Assembly (NCBI GenBank): GCA_001643675.2
Contig: LSRY02000008.1
Location: 1,426,001 to 1,490,000, forward strand
DNA: 64,000 nucleotides
DNA from: Monocercomonoides exilis PA203
Taxonomy: Eukaryota > Protista > Preaxostyla
Reading direction: 5' to 3'
Positions 49,790 to 62,376 of the stretch are shown piece by piece; within the stretch, counting starts at the first letter, position 1; every line of letters starts with the position of its first letter. The notes beneath the pieces were generated by a model that made no database searches, was not told where the DNA came from, and saw only the letters and a program-made list of their open reading frames with translations. A program made the translations under genes and the position numbers.

Positions 49790-50226
49790 ATATATGGATG
49801 ATCCTTTTCGAAATCATACAGATATCGCATAAAATACGCTACATCGCACAAAATACTGGACATGATCGATTTCTCAATGACCGCATAAGAAGTGATTCTG
49901 TTAATTTTCCTCAAAATACATCTCATTAATACAAAACTAATGTGACATACAAAACTTTCAAAACAGCTTCATTTGTGCTCAGAAATAATTATTATTAAAA
50001 TTTCGTAGAAATAAGATTTTGTCTTTCTCCGATATTTCTAAAATAGTTTTTTCTGAGCATAAACGAGGAAGTCATGAAAGTCTTGGATGTCACATTGGTT
50101 TTGTATTGATGAGACGTATTTTGAGGAAAATCATCAGAACTTTTCTTCTTGCTGTGATTGAGATATCGATCTAGTCCGGTATTTTTTGCGATATCTGTAT
50201 GATATCAAAAAAAATTAGCCATATTT
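49790..50226. other. Imperfect fold-back (~175-bp stem) straddling the right outer end of P2
   Basis: atcatacagatatcgca...ttttcctcaaaatacatctcattaatacaaaactaatgtgacat...gctcagaaa pairs with tttctgagc...atgtcacattggttttgtattgatgagacgtattttgaggaaaa...tgcgatatctgtatgat. Confidence 0.88.
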
Positions 50227-50442
50227 CAAAGACAATTTTATCATAGAATGAAAATTGTTTCTTATTTGCTCTTCAGAAAGTCATTTTATTAACAAATCAA
50301 ATTTAAGGAATAAATTAAATGAAACAAAACAATGATTATAAAAAAAAAAAGAAAAAATCAACCCACAATAAACTTTTGCTGATAACAATTAGAACTTGTT
50401 TTTGTTGTTTATTGCGGTCAATATAATTTTTCGAAACAAATT

Positions 50443-51666
50443 ATGAACAACTGTAAATACACTAATATTCGGTCTATTAATGGAATTGGACCAATTTCTG
50501 CTCTTTCATTCCTTGATGAAAGATATCTCTTTTGTGGTATTCTTTTGATTTTTTGAGATAAAATTTGCAGATCTTAAGATCGTGTCAAAATATCTTAAAT
50601 TTATCTTATATGAATTATGCTTTAATGATGAAAATTAAGGAACAAATCGATTTTTAATACTTTTTGATTGCATAAATCTCAAAATCGTTCAATCCCAACC
50701 AATATTTGATGATGTGATGATTAGAAGAATAAGGCAATGTTTGCAAACGAGCTTTTTTTACAACTGTTTTTTAATTCTAATTTTCTGTTTGTGAAATTGT
50801 TTTTATCTTTAGTTCGTTTTGAGGAAAAAATATTCCTTGTTGTTAATGGAGCTTCAAAGCTTGCAATACTCACAATTACAAATTCAAAAGACTTTATTAG
50901 AAGTGAATTAATCATACCGCATTTTTCACTGATCTTTTCTTCCGGGCAGCAAAGGGATTGGATACTTGATTGTTCACTTCTTAGGCCTGATGCTATCAAT
51001 AAAGCATCGAGTTTTCTACTTGTACTTGGATATTCTCGACTGGGGTGCGAAGTCTTTCGTTTGGGCTTACCCGATTCTCCGGGATGTCTGGAGCAATCAT
51101 TCGTACTTATGCCACTGATCCATATCCAACCATTTGTATCGCTGGGAAATCTCTTCTCTCTATCATTCTATTCAAAATACAATGAAAAACATCATTCGTC
51201 TCTGCTTTCTCCTCAAAATTCTGGTGAAATTTCTGAAAATCCAGAGAAAATGACGAAATTAGAGCGAAAAGCGCTTTCGTGTTTGGTTGTTGCGTGTGGA
51301 GGAGTTCAGCAGACGATTATGATAGCAACGCCATTTAGAGAGATAGAAAGAGAAGAGAGAGAAGAAGGAAAGAAAGGAGAAGAAGGAAAAGAAGAGGAAG
51401 AGGAAGAAGGAAATGAACCGATTGTTATCAATAGCCAGGATGTATGAGAGAGAGAGAGAGAGGGAGAAGGGAGAAAGGGGTGGAATCAAGAACGGGTTAT
51501 ATTTCATTATTTTCTATCTTTTTTTATTTTTTCTATTTTTTTAATAGAAATTGTAATTATCTGTGTTTCTTGTTTCAAATTATTTCTTTCTTTCTTTTTT
51601 ATTATTATTATTTTTTAATGTTTTGTGTTATGTTTCTTAATTTTGTATTTTTTTTTCATTTTCTTC

Positions 51667-51711
<45 letters not shown>

Positions 51712-52207
51712 TTCTTCTTCTTCTTCTTCTTCTTCTTCTTCTTCTTCTTCTTCTTCTTCTTCTTCTTCTTCTACCACTTCTTCTTCTTAATTATTTTGAA
51801 TATTATTAAATATTTATTATTTATCATTTATTACTGTTTTCTCCCTCTTTATCTTCATCTTTCTCTTTTTCATAATTTCTGTATAACCTTGTAATATTCC
51901 GTTCTTTCCTTCTCTTCTCTGCCTTCGCTTCTTTCTCTTCAATTAAATCTCTTCTATTCTATTTCCTTTTCTTCTCTCTATCTCTTTCTTTCTTTCTTTC
52001 TTTCTCACTCTCACTCACTCACTCGCTCTCTCTCTCTCTCTCTCTCTCTCTTCCCTCCTTTCTCTCTCCTTTCCTCTTGTCCCCTCTTCTCTCTCTCCTC
52101 TTCCCTTATCTTTCTTTTCCTCCCTCTTCTTTCTCTCTTTCTTTCTCTCTTTCTTTTTCTCTTTCTTTTTCTCTTTCTTTCTCTTTCTCTCTTTCTCTCT
52201 TTCTCTC

Positions 52208-52238
<31 letters not shown>

Positions 52239-52291
52239 CTTTCTCTTTCTCTCTCTTTCTCTCTCTCTCTTTCTTTCTCTTTCTCTCTCTT

Positions 52292-52322
<31 letters not shown>

Positions 52323-52778
52323 TTCTTTCTCTTTCTCTCTTTCTCTCTTCTCTTGAGGGTATAATCTTCCATCTTGAGTGGTCTCCATGTGGCAATTTCT
52401 TGTCCTCTTCAGCAGAAGACAGGAGATGCTGTGTGTGGCACATCAGATGGAGAAGAAGAGAATTCAATGAAAATTACGAGGATTCTGTATATGTTCCTTC
52501 TTGTTCTGATAGAAATTCTTGTTCTAGTAATTCTTCTTCTAATTCTTCTATTAATTCTTCAAATTCTTCTTCTTCTTCTTCTAATTCTGCTGATTCTTCT
52601 AATTCATCGTCATCATCATCATCTTCTTCTTCTTCTTCTATTGTTCATAATGATGATGAGAAGAAGAAGAAATGTATTGGGTTTGTTATGTGAGTTGATT
52701 AAACGAAAAGTAAATTTAATTTCCATTTTTTATTTTATTTTATTTTATTATTTGATTTTTTTATCTCTTTTCCCCTTT

Positions 52779-52810
<32 letters not shown>

Positions 52811-55800
52811 GTTTTTGTTTTAAATTTTTATCTTTTTATTTATTTTGATTATTTTGATTATCTTTCATTATGTATTTAATAATTCACTTCTTCTCTATCT
52901 TGTCCTCTTCTCATTCTCACGCTCATTCTCGTTCTCTTCTTCTCTCTTCTTCTTTCTCTCCTCTCTCTCTCTCTCTCTCTCTTCTTCTCCTCCTCCTCTC
53001 TCTTTCTCTTCTTCTCTCTTCTTCTTCTCTTCTTCCTCTCTTTTTCTTCTCTCTCTCTCTCTCTCTCTCTTCTTCTCTCCTCTTCTTCTCCAGCATCTCT
53101 TCTCTCTTCTCCCTCTCCTCTCTCCATTCAGGGCGTGTGTGGTGTTCTTGTTTTGTCTCTTCCTCTTCTGTCGCCTCTGTTGCACAGGACACTCTCTGTA
53201 GAGTCTGGAGAATGGGAGAGAAGAAGAAGGAAGAAGAGGAAGAAGAGGGAGAAGGAGAAGGTGAAGAAGGAGAAGAAGAAGGAGAAAAGGGAAAGATGGA
53301 AAGGAAGAAGAAGAAAAAAGAGAAAGAGAAAGAGGGAGAAGGGAAGAAAGGAAAAGGAAACAATAAAGGAAAGGAGAAAGAGAAAGAAGAGAAGAAGGAA
53401 GAGAAAGAAGATATACAAATGAATGAAAACAAAGAAAACAAAGAAGAAGAAGAAGAAGAAGAGAACAGAAGAGAGAAAGAGATGAATCTTCTGTGTGTTT
53501 TGGATGGGCATATTCCAAAACACACATGGAGTGTGACTTCTAATTGGTGTCCTCTTGTGAGGCATTACAGAGAGAGAGAAGAAAGAGAAAGAGAAAAAGT
53601 AAGAGAAGGAGAAAGAAAGGAAAGAGGAGAAGGAAGAGAAGGAAGAGAAAGAGAAGAAGAAGGAAAGAAAAGTGAAGAAATTAAAAATTCATCATCATCA
53701 ATAAAAACTTCTTCTTCTTCTTCTTCTTCTTCTCTTTCTTCTTCTTCTTCTTCTCTCCCTCTCTTCCCCACCTTCATTGCAACAGGAGGAAATGATTGTG
53801 GAGTCAAATTATGGCGTGTTGATTCAGTGCTCCTAAATAGGAAGCGTAAAACAGCGTCGCCTATTTGTTTGCTTCGTCCTTTGTCGATTGAAGTGAAGGA
53901 GGAGCAGTTAGAGAGAGAAAGGAAGGAGAAAGAGGAAGAAGAGAAGGAGAAGGAGAAGGAGAAAGAAGAGAAAGAGGGAAAAGAGGGAAAAGAAATAGAA
54001 GAAGAAGGAAAAGTGAAAGAAAACAATGAAAAACCTGTCAAAAGTCCTTCAAATTCATCAAAATCTTCAATATCAACGAAATCTTCAAAGACAATGAAAA
54101 AACATAACCAAATAAACTCTCAAGAATTAGGTTCCGTATGGCTGAAAAGCTGTTGTTTGGTGAATGGAGGAAAAGAAATGGTTGTTGGGACGGAAGAGGG
54201 AATTTTATTTGTCAAAAATTGTGACATGTCAAATTGTGACATGTCAAATTTGAAATGCAGAGGAAATTTGACATGTTTGGATAAAGAAGGAAAAGAATTT
54301 GATAGTAATGGGTGGATACAAATATATTCACATAAATCGTATTTGAAGAGGTTGATGGAGAGAAAAGAAGAAGAAGGAGGAGGAGAAGAAGAAGAGAAAA
54401 TTGAAGGTTTGTTAACTTTATGCTTTTCTTCTTTATAATTATTATTATTATTGTTTTTATCATCATCTTTTTTTTTTCTTCAATAATATTTACCATAAAT
54501 TTTTATTTTATAATTTTAATATTTTAAAACATAAATAATTCCTGATAATTCTTATTGTTATTCAATTCATTCTTATTTTGATGTTTCCTTCTATTGATAT
54601 TTCCATTAATAATATGTTATTTTATTTTATTTTATTTATTATTATAATTTATAATTTTAATATTTAAAACATAAATAATTCTTTCAATTATTATTATAAT
54701 ACATTTTATTCTAACTTTAATATTTCTAATATTGATATTTCCTATTATAATATTTCTTTTATTTTATTTATATTTTATTTATTTTTATTTTATTTTATTT
54801 TATTTTATTTTATTTTATTTTATTATCCCACTATTTCAACAGGAAAGCAAATGGAGTCATTGATAGGGGGAATATCTGCAATCACTCCAGACACACAACT
54901 GAGAAGGGGAATATTTGGATGGAATTTAAATAAGAAAAATAATGTAGATAATAATGATAGAGAAGAAGAAAGAGAAGAAGAAGAAGAAGAAGAAGAGAAA
55001 GAAAGGAACGAAGAAGATAAAAGAAAGAAAGAGAAAGAAGAAGAAAAAGAAGAAAAAGAAAAAGAAGAAAAAGATAAAAATAACAAAAGAATTATTTCTT
55101 CTTCTTCTTCTCAAAATTCTTCCTCTTCCTCTTCTTCTTCTTCTCTTTTAGCATTAGGAACAACCAGAGGTTCTATTGTATTACTTAGATGTCCTCATCA
55201 TCATCTTTTATCTTCTTCTTCTTCTTCTTCTCTTTCTTCATTAAATTCTTCTTCTTCTTCTTCTTCTTCTCTTCATCTTCTTTCTTCTCTAACTGATTTA
55301 TCGTCATATCCTCTATCTAATTCATCTAATACATCAATATCATCATCATCATCATCATCATCAAATAATTCTTCAATAAATTCTTCATTGATAAATTCTT
55401 GTTCTTCTTCTTCCTCCTCCTCTTCTTCTCTTTGCTCCCCCTCTTCTCTTTCTTCTTCTTCTTCTCTTTCTAGTTCTCTAATTAATTCTTCTTCTCTTTC
55501 TTCTCCTTCTTCTCCTATTAATTCTTCTTCTCCTTCTTCTTCTCTATTAGATTCTTCTTCTTCATCTATTTCTGATGTTTCTGTCTGTTTCAAAGCACAA
55601 AATGGCCCAATAGAAAATTTAGTTGTCTTTGAGCCTGGTTTATTGAGAGAGAGAACGAGGAGAGGAAGAAGAAGAGGAAGAATAAACAGAAGAAACGATA
55701 AAAGAAGAGAAGAAGAAGAAGAAAAAGGAGAAGAAATAAATAGAAGAGAAAGAGAAGAAGAAAGAGACGAGAAAAATGAAGAAAGAGAAAGAGAAGAAGA

Positions 55801-58800
55801 AGAAGGAAGAGAAGGAAGAGAAGAAGGAAGAAATGAAGAAATAAAAGAAAAAAGAGAAAAAGAAGGAGAAAAAGATAAAGAAATTGAAAATGAAAAAGAA
55901 GATAAAGAAGAAGAAATAAAAGAAGGAGAAAGAGAAGAAAAGAAAGATATTCTGTTGTTCTCATTCGAAAGAGGTGTTAAAGGGAAACCAGGGGTTATCA
56001 AATGCTGGAAAATTGTGTGTTTTATTGATGAAACATTATTTATTTAATTATTTAATTATTTAATTAATTATTTAATTAATTAATTAATTAATTATTTATT
56101 TATTTATTTATTTATTAAATATTTGCTCTTTTTTTAATTTCAATACAATTTTGTTTGATTTTATTTATTTGTCATATTTTTTTGTATATTTTTGTTGGAT
56201 ATTCTAAATTACTTCTCATTTATTTTTTCCATATTTTTTATTTTCTTATTGTGAAAAAATAATTATTATTATTTTATTTTCCCATAAAATTCATTTCTCT
56301 TATATCTTGCTCATATTATTTCATCTGTCTGTATTAATATTTCTATCTGTCTTCTTCATCCTTTCTTTTCCTCTCTTCTTTCTTTCTTTCTCTCTCTTCG
56401 TTCTCTTCTTCATTCTTCCCTCCTTCATCCCTCTTCTTCCTCTCTTCTTTCTCTTCTTTCTCTCTTCTTTCTCTTCCTTCTCTTCCTTCTCTTCCTTCTC
56501 TTCCTCTTCCTCTTCTTCCTTTTCTTCCTTTTCTTCCTTTTGTTCCTTTCCTTCCTTTCCTTCCTTATCTTCCTTATCTTCCTTATCTTCCTTATCTTCC
56601 TTATCTTCCCACTCTTCCTTCTCTTCCCTCTCTTCTTCCCTCTCTTTCTTCAGTCTCTCTCTCTCTCCAACATTCCCCTTGCTCCTCCTCTCCTCTTCGC
56701 AGAGTTCATTCCTTCTTCTCCTTCTCTCATCATCTCTTATTCTGTCAAAACTGTCATGTCAAATTGCAGCAGTTTGACATGTCAAACTGAAAATGGCATG
56801 GAAGGAAATAATAATGATAATGATAATAATAATAATAATTGCGGGTGTGACTTAAATAGGAACCTTTTGTATCTTCTTGTGTGTGGAGATATTAACGGAG
56901 CTGTTCATGTGTTTCATCTGCCTTATACTGGAGATGAAGATGAAGATCAAGATGATGAATATTATAATTCTTCTTCTTCTTCTTCTTCTTCTTCTTCTTC
57001 TTCTTCTTCTTCTTCTTCCTTATCATCATCTTCTTCTTCTTCTCATTACCCTCTTCAAATCACCCCAAGTTTCTTCTTCCCTTCCACACACGGAAAACAC
57101 CCAGTTTCCTTCATTGGAGATCCACTTTATGCACCCATCCCCAAAATAATTGACATGGTTCCTAATTTGGCGCAGCGAAACATGGAAGACATGTCATTTT
57201 TGCTGTCATTAAGCCCGTATTTCTATTCAGCAGGCGCTAATGGGAAAATAGTTGTATTTAATGTGAATACAAATTTCTATCAAAATTCTTCTTCTCTTTC
57301 TTCTTCTTCTTCTTCTTCTTCTCTTTCTTCTTCTTCATTTTCTGTTGAAAAACTTTCAGAAATTAATCTGTCTTCACATTACTCTCTTCCTGCTTCTCTG
57401 TTTTGGATGCATTTATCTCCATTTTCTTTGTCTCTTTCTTCAAAATCGAAAAATTCTTCTTCTTCCTCATCAAAATCTACAAATAACATAAGTTCTGCAG
57501 TTAATTCTTCTTCTTCTTCTTCTCCTTCTTCTTCTTCTTCTTCTCCTCCTCCTCCTTCTCCTTCTTCTTCATTAACTTCTTCTTCTTCTTCTTCATTTCC
57601 TCCTCTTTCTCTCATTTCAGCTGGTTTCAAGCACAAATCATTGATCTTGCTGGATGTGACTTCGCCTTTCTCTCTTCCTCCTCTGTTGCCTGTATTCAAT
57701 AACAGAGAAGAAAAAGAAGAAGAGAAAGAAGAAAAAGACAATAAAGAAATAAATAAACGCTTGCAAAAATCTTCACATTCTTCTTCTTCTTCTTCTTCTT
57801 CTTCTTCCTTTTTCCCTCTTTCTCTTTCTTCTTCATCTCATTTCTTTTCTTCTTCTTCTTCTTCTTCTCTTTCTTCTTCTTCTTCATTAATTTCTTCTTC
57901 TTCCTCTTCCTCTTCTTCTTCCCCTTCAATCGTAGCCTCTATTGAATCTGGTGGCAGTAAGTGTGCTTGTGATTTCTGTGTTAGCCAAATTGTTTCGTTC
58001 AGAAGAGAAGAAAGAGAAGGAAGAAGAGAAAGAGAAGAAGAAAAAGAAGAAGAAGAAGAAATAAATCGACGAGTATATCAAAATTCTTCTTCCTCCTCTT
58101 TCTCTTCTTCTTCTTCTTCTTCTTCTTATTCTTCTCCATTTAATTCTTCTTCTTCTTCTTCTTCTTCTTCTTCTTCTTCAATGAACATTCTTTTTTCACT
58201 CGTGCACTGCTACAACAACAGAGGAAACGCCTTCTCACTCACCATCTCTCCTTCCATGCACAATCACTGCATTCATATTCCTCCTCTTTCTTTTGATTCT
58301 TCTCTTTCTTCTTCTTCTTCTTCTTCTTCTTCTTCATTTCAACCAATTTCTTCTTCCTTTTCTTCTTCTTCTTCTTCTTCTTCTTCTCTTTCTCTTCCTC
58401 TTTCTCTTTCTCTTCCTCTTCCTCATTCCATCCAGCGTTCTCTTCTTCCTTCTCTGCATGGCATGGAAATACACGCTGCTTCTATTGTCTCCTTTGGGAA
58501 AGAGGGAAGAAGAAGAGGAGGAGGAGGAGGAAGAGAAAGAGAAGAGAAGGAGGGGAATAAACAAACAAAGGAAGGAGAAAGAGAAAGAGAAGAAGAAGAA
58601 AGAAGAAAAGAAGAAGAAGAAGAAGATGATGATGATGATGACATTATCATGGCAACCGGAGGGGAAGATACAATACTCAATATTGTTCGGTTCAACAAGA
58701 TGAAATCTTCTTCTTCTTCTTCTCTTTCTTCTTTCTCTTCCCCTTCTCTTCTCTTCTCTCTTCGCACTCATTCTTCCTCCATCCACACGATATCTTCGAT

Positions 58801-58891
58801 TCCTTTGCCTTCTTCTTCATCTTCTTCTTCTTCTTCTTCTTCCATCATCTTTTCCGGAGGAAGTGGTGATTTCATAACTTCTTGGCTAGTG

Positions 58892-58922
<31 letters not shown>

Positions 58923-60338
58923 CTTCTTCTTCTTCTTCTTCTTCTTCTTCTTCTTCTTCTTCTTCTTCTTCTTCTCTTTCTCTTCTTCCTCCCAAGCTGA
59001 TTTCTTCTTTTTGTTTGCTTTCTTGTGATGATGAAGAATACGATGCTAACAATAACACAGACAGTTCTTCTTCTTCTTCTTCTTCTCCTTCTTCTTCTTC
59101 TTTCCCTTCTTCTTCTTCTTCTTCTTCTTCTTCTTCTTCTTCTTCTTCTTCTTCTTCTTCTTCTTCTTCTTCTTCTTCTTCTCTTTCTCTTCTTCCTCCC
59201 AAGCTGATTTCTTCTTTTTGTTTGCTTTCTTGTGATGATGAAGAATACGATGCTAACAATAACACAGACAGTTCTTCTTCTTCTTCTTCTTCTCCTTCTT
59301 CTTCTTCTTTCCCTTCTTCTTCTTCTTCTTTCCCTTCTTCTTCTTCTTCTTCTTCTTCTTCTTCTTCTTCTTCTTCTTCTTCTTCCTCATCGTCATATTC
59401 AGACGATGTCCAATATCGGATCATGTGCAGTGATGTCACCCCTCTTTCTTCTTTCTCTTCTTTGGTTTCTTCTTCTTCTTCTTCTCTTTCTTCTTCTTCT
59501 TCTTCTTCTTCTTCTCTTTCTTCTTCTTTCTCTTCTTTCCTCTCTCGTCTTCTTCTGTGTGTGTTTGGCAATTCGGGTGGAAACATCTTCGTCTGCTTAT
59601 TCGATCCATTGGGAAGATTGAAGAAGAACGAAAAGAAGAAGAAGAAGAAAGAAGAAGAAAAGAAAGAAGAGAAAGAGAAAGAGAAAGAGAAAGTGAAGAA
59701 GAAGAAGAAGAGCGTTGTTCATTATGAATCAAATGGGTATGTCAGGTTGATAGAGGTTATAAGAACTAAACAAAGGAACACAAATATTGTTTCTTCTTCT
59801 TCTTCTCAATCAAATTCTTCCTCTTCCTCCTCTTCTTCTTCATCTCCTTCTAAATCTTCTCTTTCTTCTTCTTCTTCTTCCTCCCACTCCTCCTCCTCTT
59901 CTTCTTCTCTTCAAATAGGACCTGTATTAAGTGTGAAAGTATTATGTACTTCTAATCATTATAATTCTTCTATTAATTCATTATCATCATCATCTTCTTC
60001 TTCTCCTCCTCCTCCTCCTTCTCCCTCTTCTCCCTCTTCTCCTTCTTCTTCCATGAATAATTCGATATATCTGATTGGAGGAGGCACAAAAGGGAACATT
60101 TTCATATGGAACATTGCTGACAGAGTGAGAAGGAGCATATTAGAAGAGATTATGTGGATGGAGGAAGAGGAAGAGGAGGAAGAAGAAGAGAAAGAGAAAG
60201 AGAAAGAGAAAGAGAAAGAAGAAGAAGAAGAGAAGGAGGAAGAAAATGATGATAAAGATGACATTAAAGAGAAAGAGAAAGAGAAAGAAAATAAAGAAAC
60301 AAAAGAAGAATTAGAAGAAGAAGAAGAAATATCACCAT

Positions 60339-60369
<31 letters not shown>

Positions 60370-61535
60370 TTCTTCTTCTTCTTCTTCTTCTTCTTCTTCC
60401 TCTTCCTCTTCCTCTTCTCCCTCTCCCCCAAAGAATAGAGAAGAATTATTTGCTAATTCTTCGCATCAATCAAGAAGACCTGCTAATGTGATGTTATTGT
60501 GTGGATGTCATCATCATCATCATCATCATTGTAATAATAATAATAATAATTTTTCTTCTTCTTCATCTTCATCATCATCATCATCTTCTTCTTCTTCTTC
60601 TTCTTCTCTTTCTTCCTCATTAAATTCTTCTCTTTCTTCTTCTCTTTCTCTTTCTCCTCTTCCTTCTCCTCTTCTCTATTCCAAACACATTCACAGTTGT
60701 GGGTTGAACTCTTTAGACGCTTCTTTGATTCCTCTTCCTTCTCTTTCTCTTCCTTCTTCTTCTAATTCATCGTCATCATCATCTTCTTCTTCCATTTCTT
60801 CTTCTTCTCTTTCTCTTTCTTCATTATCATCATCATCTTCCTCTTCTTCCTCTTCATTAAATTCTTCTTCTCTTTCTCCTTCTTCTTCATCATCTCCTTC
60901 TTCTTCATCATCTTCATCTTCTTCATCTTCTTCATTGAATTCATCATCATCATCATCATCTTCTTCTTCTTCTTCTTCTTCTTCTTCTTCTTCTTCTTCT
61001 TCTTCTTCCATGTCAAATTCTTCTTCTTTATTATCATCCATGTCAAATTCACCACCATTATCATCATCCTCAATGAATATGTCTCAGATGATGTTCATAG
61101 CAACCGGAGGAGATGACCAGAGGGTGACTGGAAGACTCATTGGAATAGAGGAGAAGGAGAAGGAGAAGGAGAAGGAGAAGAAAGAGAAGGAGAAGGAGAA
61201 AGAAGAAGATAAAGAGAAGAAGGAGAAAGAAGAAGAGAAAGAAGAAGAGAAGGAGAAGGAGAAAGAAGGGAAAGAAGAAGAGAAAGAGAGAGAGAAAGAA
61301 GAGAAAGAGAAGAAGGAGAAAGAAGGAAATGAAAAGGGAGATGAAGATAAAGAAGAGAAAGAAGAGAAGAAAGAAAAGAAGAAAGAAATAGAGAGAGAAG
61401 AGAGGTTGATAGAGATATGTGCAGATGACGTGTTATTGGCACATGGAAGTTCTGTTCAAGGTTTGTTTTGATTAGAAAATTAATCTCTTTTTCTTTTATT
61501 TTTTATTTTTTATTTTATTTTTTTCTTTTTTCTTC

Positions 61536-61597
<62 letters not shown>

Positions 61598-62112
61598 GAA
61601 ATATTATTTTTCTTGTTTTTATCAATCATTTTTGAATATTTCATTATTATGTATATATTTCTAATTATTATTTCTCTTTCTTTTTTTCTTTCTTTCTTTC
61701 TTTTTTCTTTCTTTTTTCTTTCTTTCTTTTTTTCTTTTTTTTTTTCTTTCTTTCTTTCTTTCTTACTTTTTTTCTTTCTTTATTTTCTTTTCTTTCTTTT
61801 TCAGGCATCCAAATTCTTCCCTTCAACAACCCCACTTCAACCTTCCAGTTTGTCTCTACTGCAAATGATCAAACGATTCGTCTTTGGACAGAAAAACTCG
61901 ATTTAATTGCAGAAAATGATGGGAAACAGAAAATTAGATCAATTTTAGAGGAAAAAGCATCATCAGCTGTAGTGACAAGAGAAATATGTGCTCTGTGCAG
62001 CACTTTTGCCAGCAATCAGAACGAAAGTGGAAATTGTTACGGTTCGAGCACTTCAGAACCTATAATCGCTGTTTTGGGACAGGGCATTTCATTTTTCAAA
62101 GCAACATCTTAA
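50443..62112 (+). CDS. WDR6: WD-repeat protein 6 / Trm734 (cofactor of the Trm7/FTSJ1 tRNA N34 2'-O-methyltransferase); multi-exon with large low-complexity inserts
   Basis: Motifs occur in WDR6 order: GPISALSF, DWILDC, GIIFHLEW..SSSAEDRRCCVW, HSGRVW..SVAQDTLCRVW, IATGGNDCGVKLW, LVCGDINGAVHVF, HGKHPVSFI, LHGMEIHA, ATGGEDT, HSSSIHTI, DVQYRIMC, HSCGLNSLD, ATGGDDQ, AHGSSVQG, STANDQTIRLW, LGQGISFF*. First exon 50443-50536; last intron 61461-61804; stop TAA 62110-62112. Internal exon borders in CT tracts are uncertain. Confidence 0.88.
51960..52350 (+). repeat. Long (CT/CTTT) polypyrimidine microsatellite within the WDR6 gene
   Basis: Almost purely C/T on the + strand. Confidence 0.85.
58890..59310 (+). 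repeat. In-frame 207-bp tandem duplication in WDR6
   Basis: SLSLLPPKLISSFCLLSCDDEEYDANNNTDSSSSSSSSPSSSSFP occurs twice; shadow ORF starts 59025 and 59232 differ by 207. Confidence 0.85.
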
Positions 62113-62376
62113 ATAAAAGAGTATTGGAAGTTTAAATTATTTTATTTGTTTTTAGAAAAAAATATAAACAAATAAATTTTCGAAAATAAGTTGAAATAAA
62201 ATTTGAAATGCAAACATTTGACATTATAAATAAATATATATAATCACAAATTAATTTTCGTTGGATGAGTTTTGTTAAAAACTGAATTTTTTAGTTTTCC
62301 CATACTAAGATTTTTCTTGAGGCTGAAACGTATTATTAAGATCTGAAAAAGTACAATTTTGTTGAATTTGCAAGGA

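Larger units (their letters stand above)
20291..49817. repeat. Giant palindrome P2 (~14.7-kb arms 20291-34972 and 35127-49817; 154-bp spacer 34973-35126)
   Basis: All ORFs are mirrored (e.g. 34583+35516=70099; 31749..33374+ with 36736..38361-). Ends are atgatttcaaaaaggatcatcc and ggatgatccttttcgaaatcat. Few substitutions; mainly homopolymer and VNTR differences. Confidence 0.98.

Noticed and set aside
20291-49817. P2 as an autonomous transposon or Polinton with giant TIRs
   Set aside because: No transposase, integrase, polymerase or capsid ORF recognised, and no target-site duplication at the ends.
51444-61906. Many antisense and alternate-frame low-complexity ORFs (poly-F/L/K/E/R)
   Set aside because: They are shadows of TCT/GAA/CT microsatellites in the WDR6 exons and introns.
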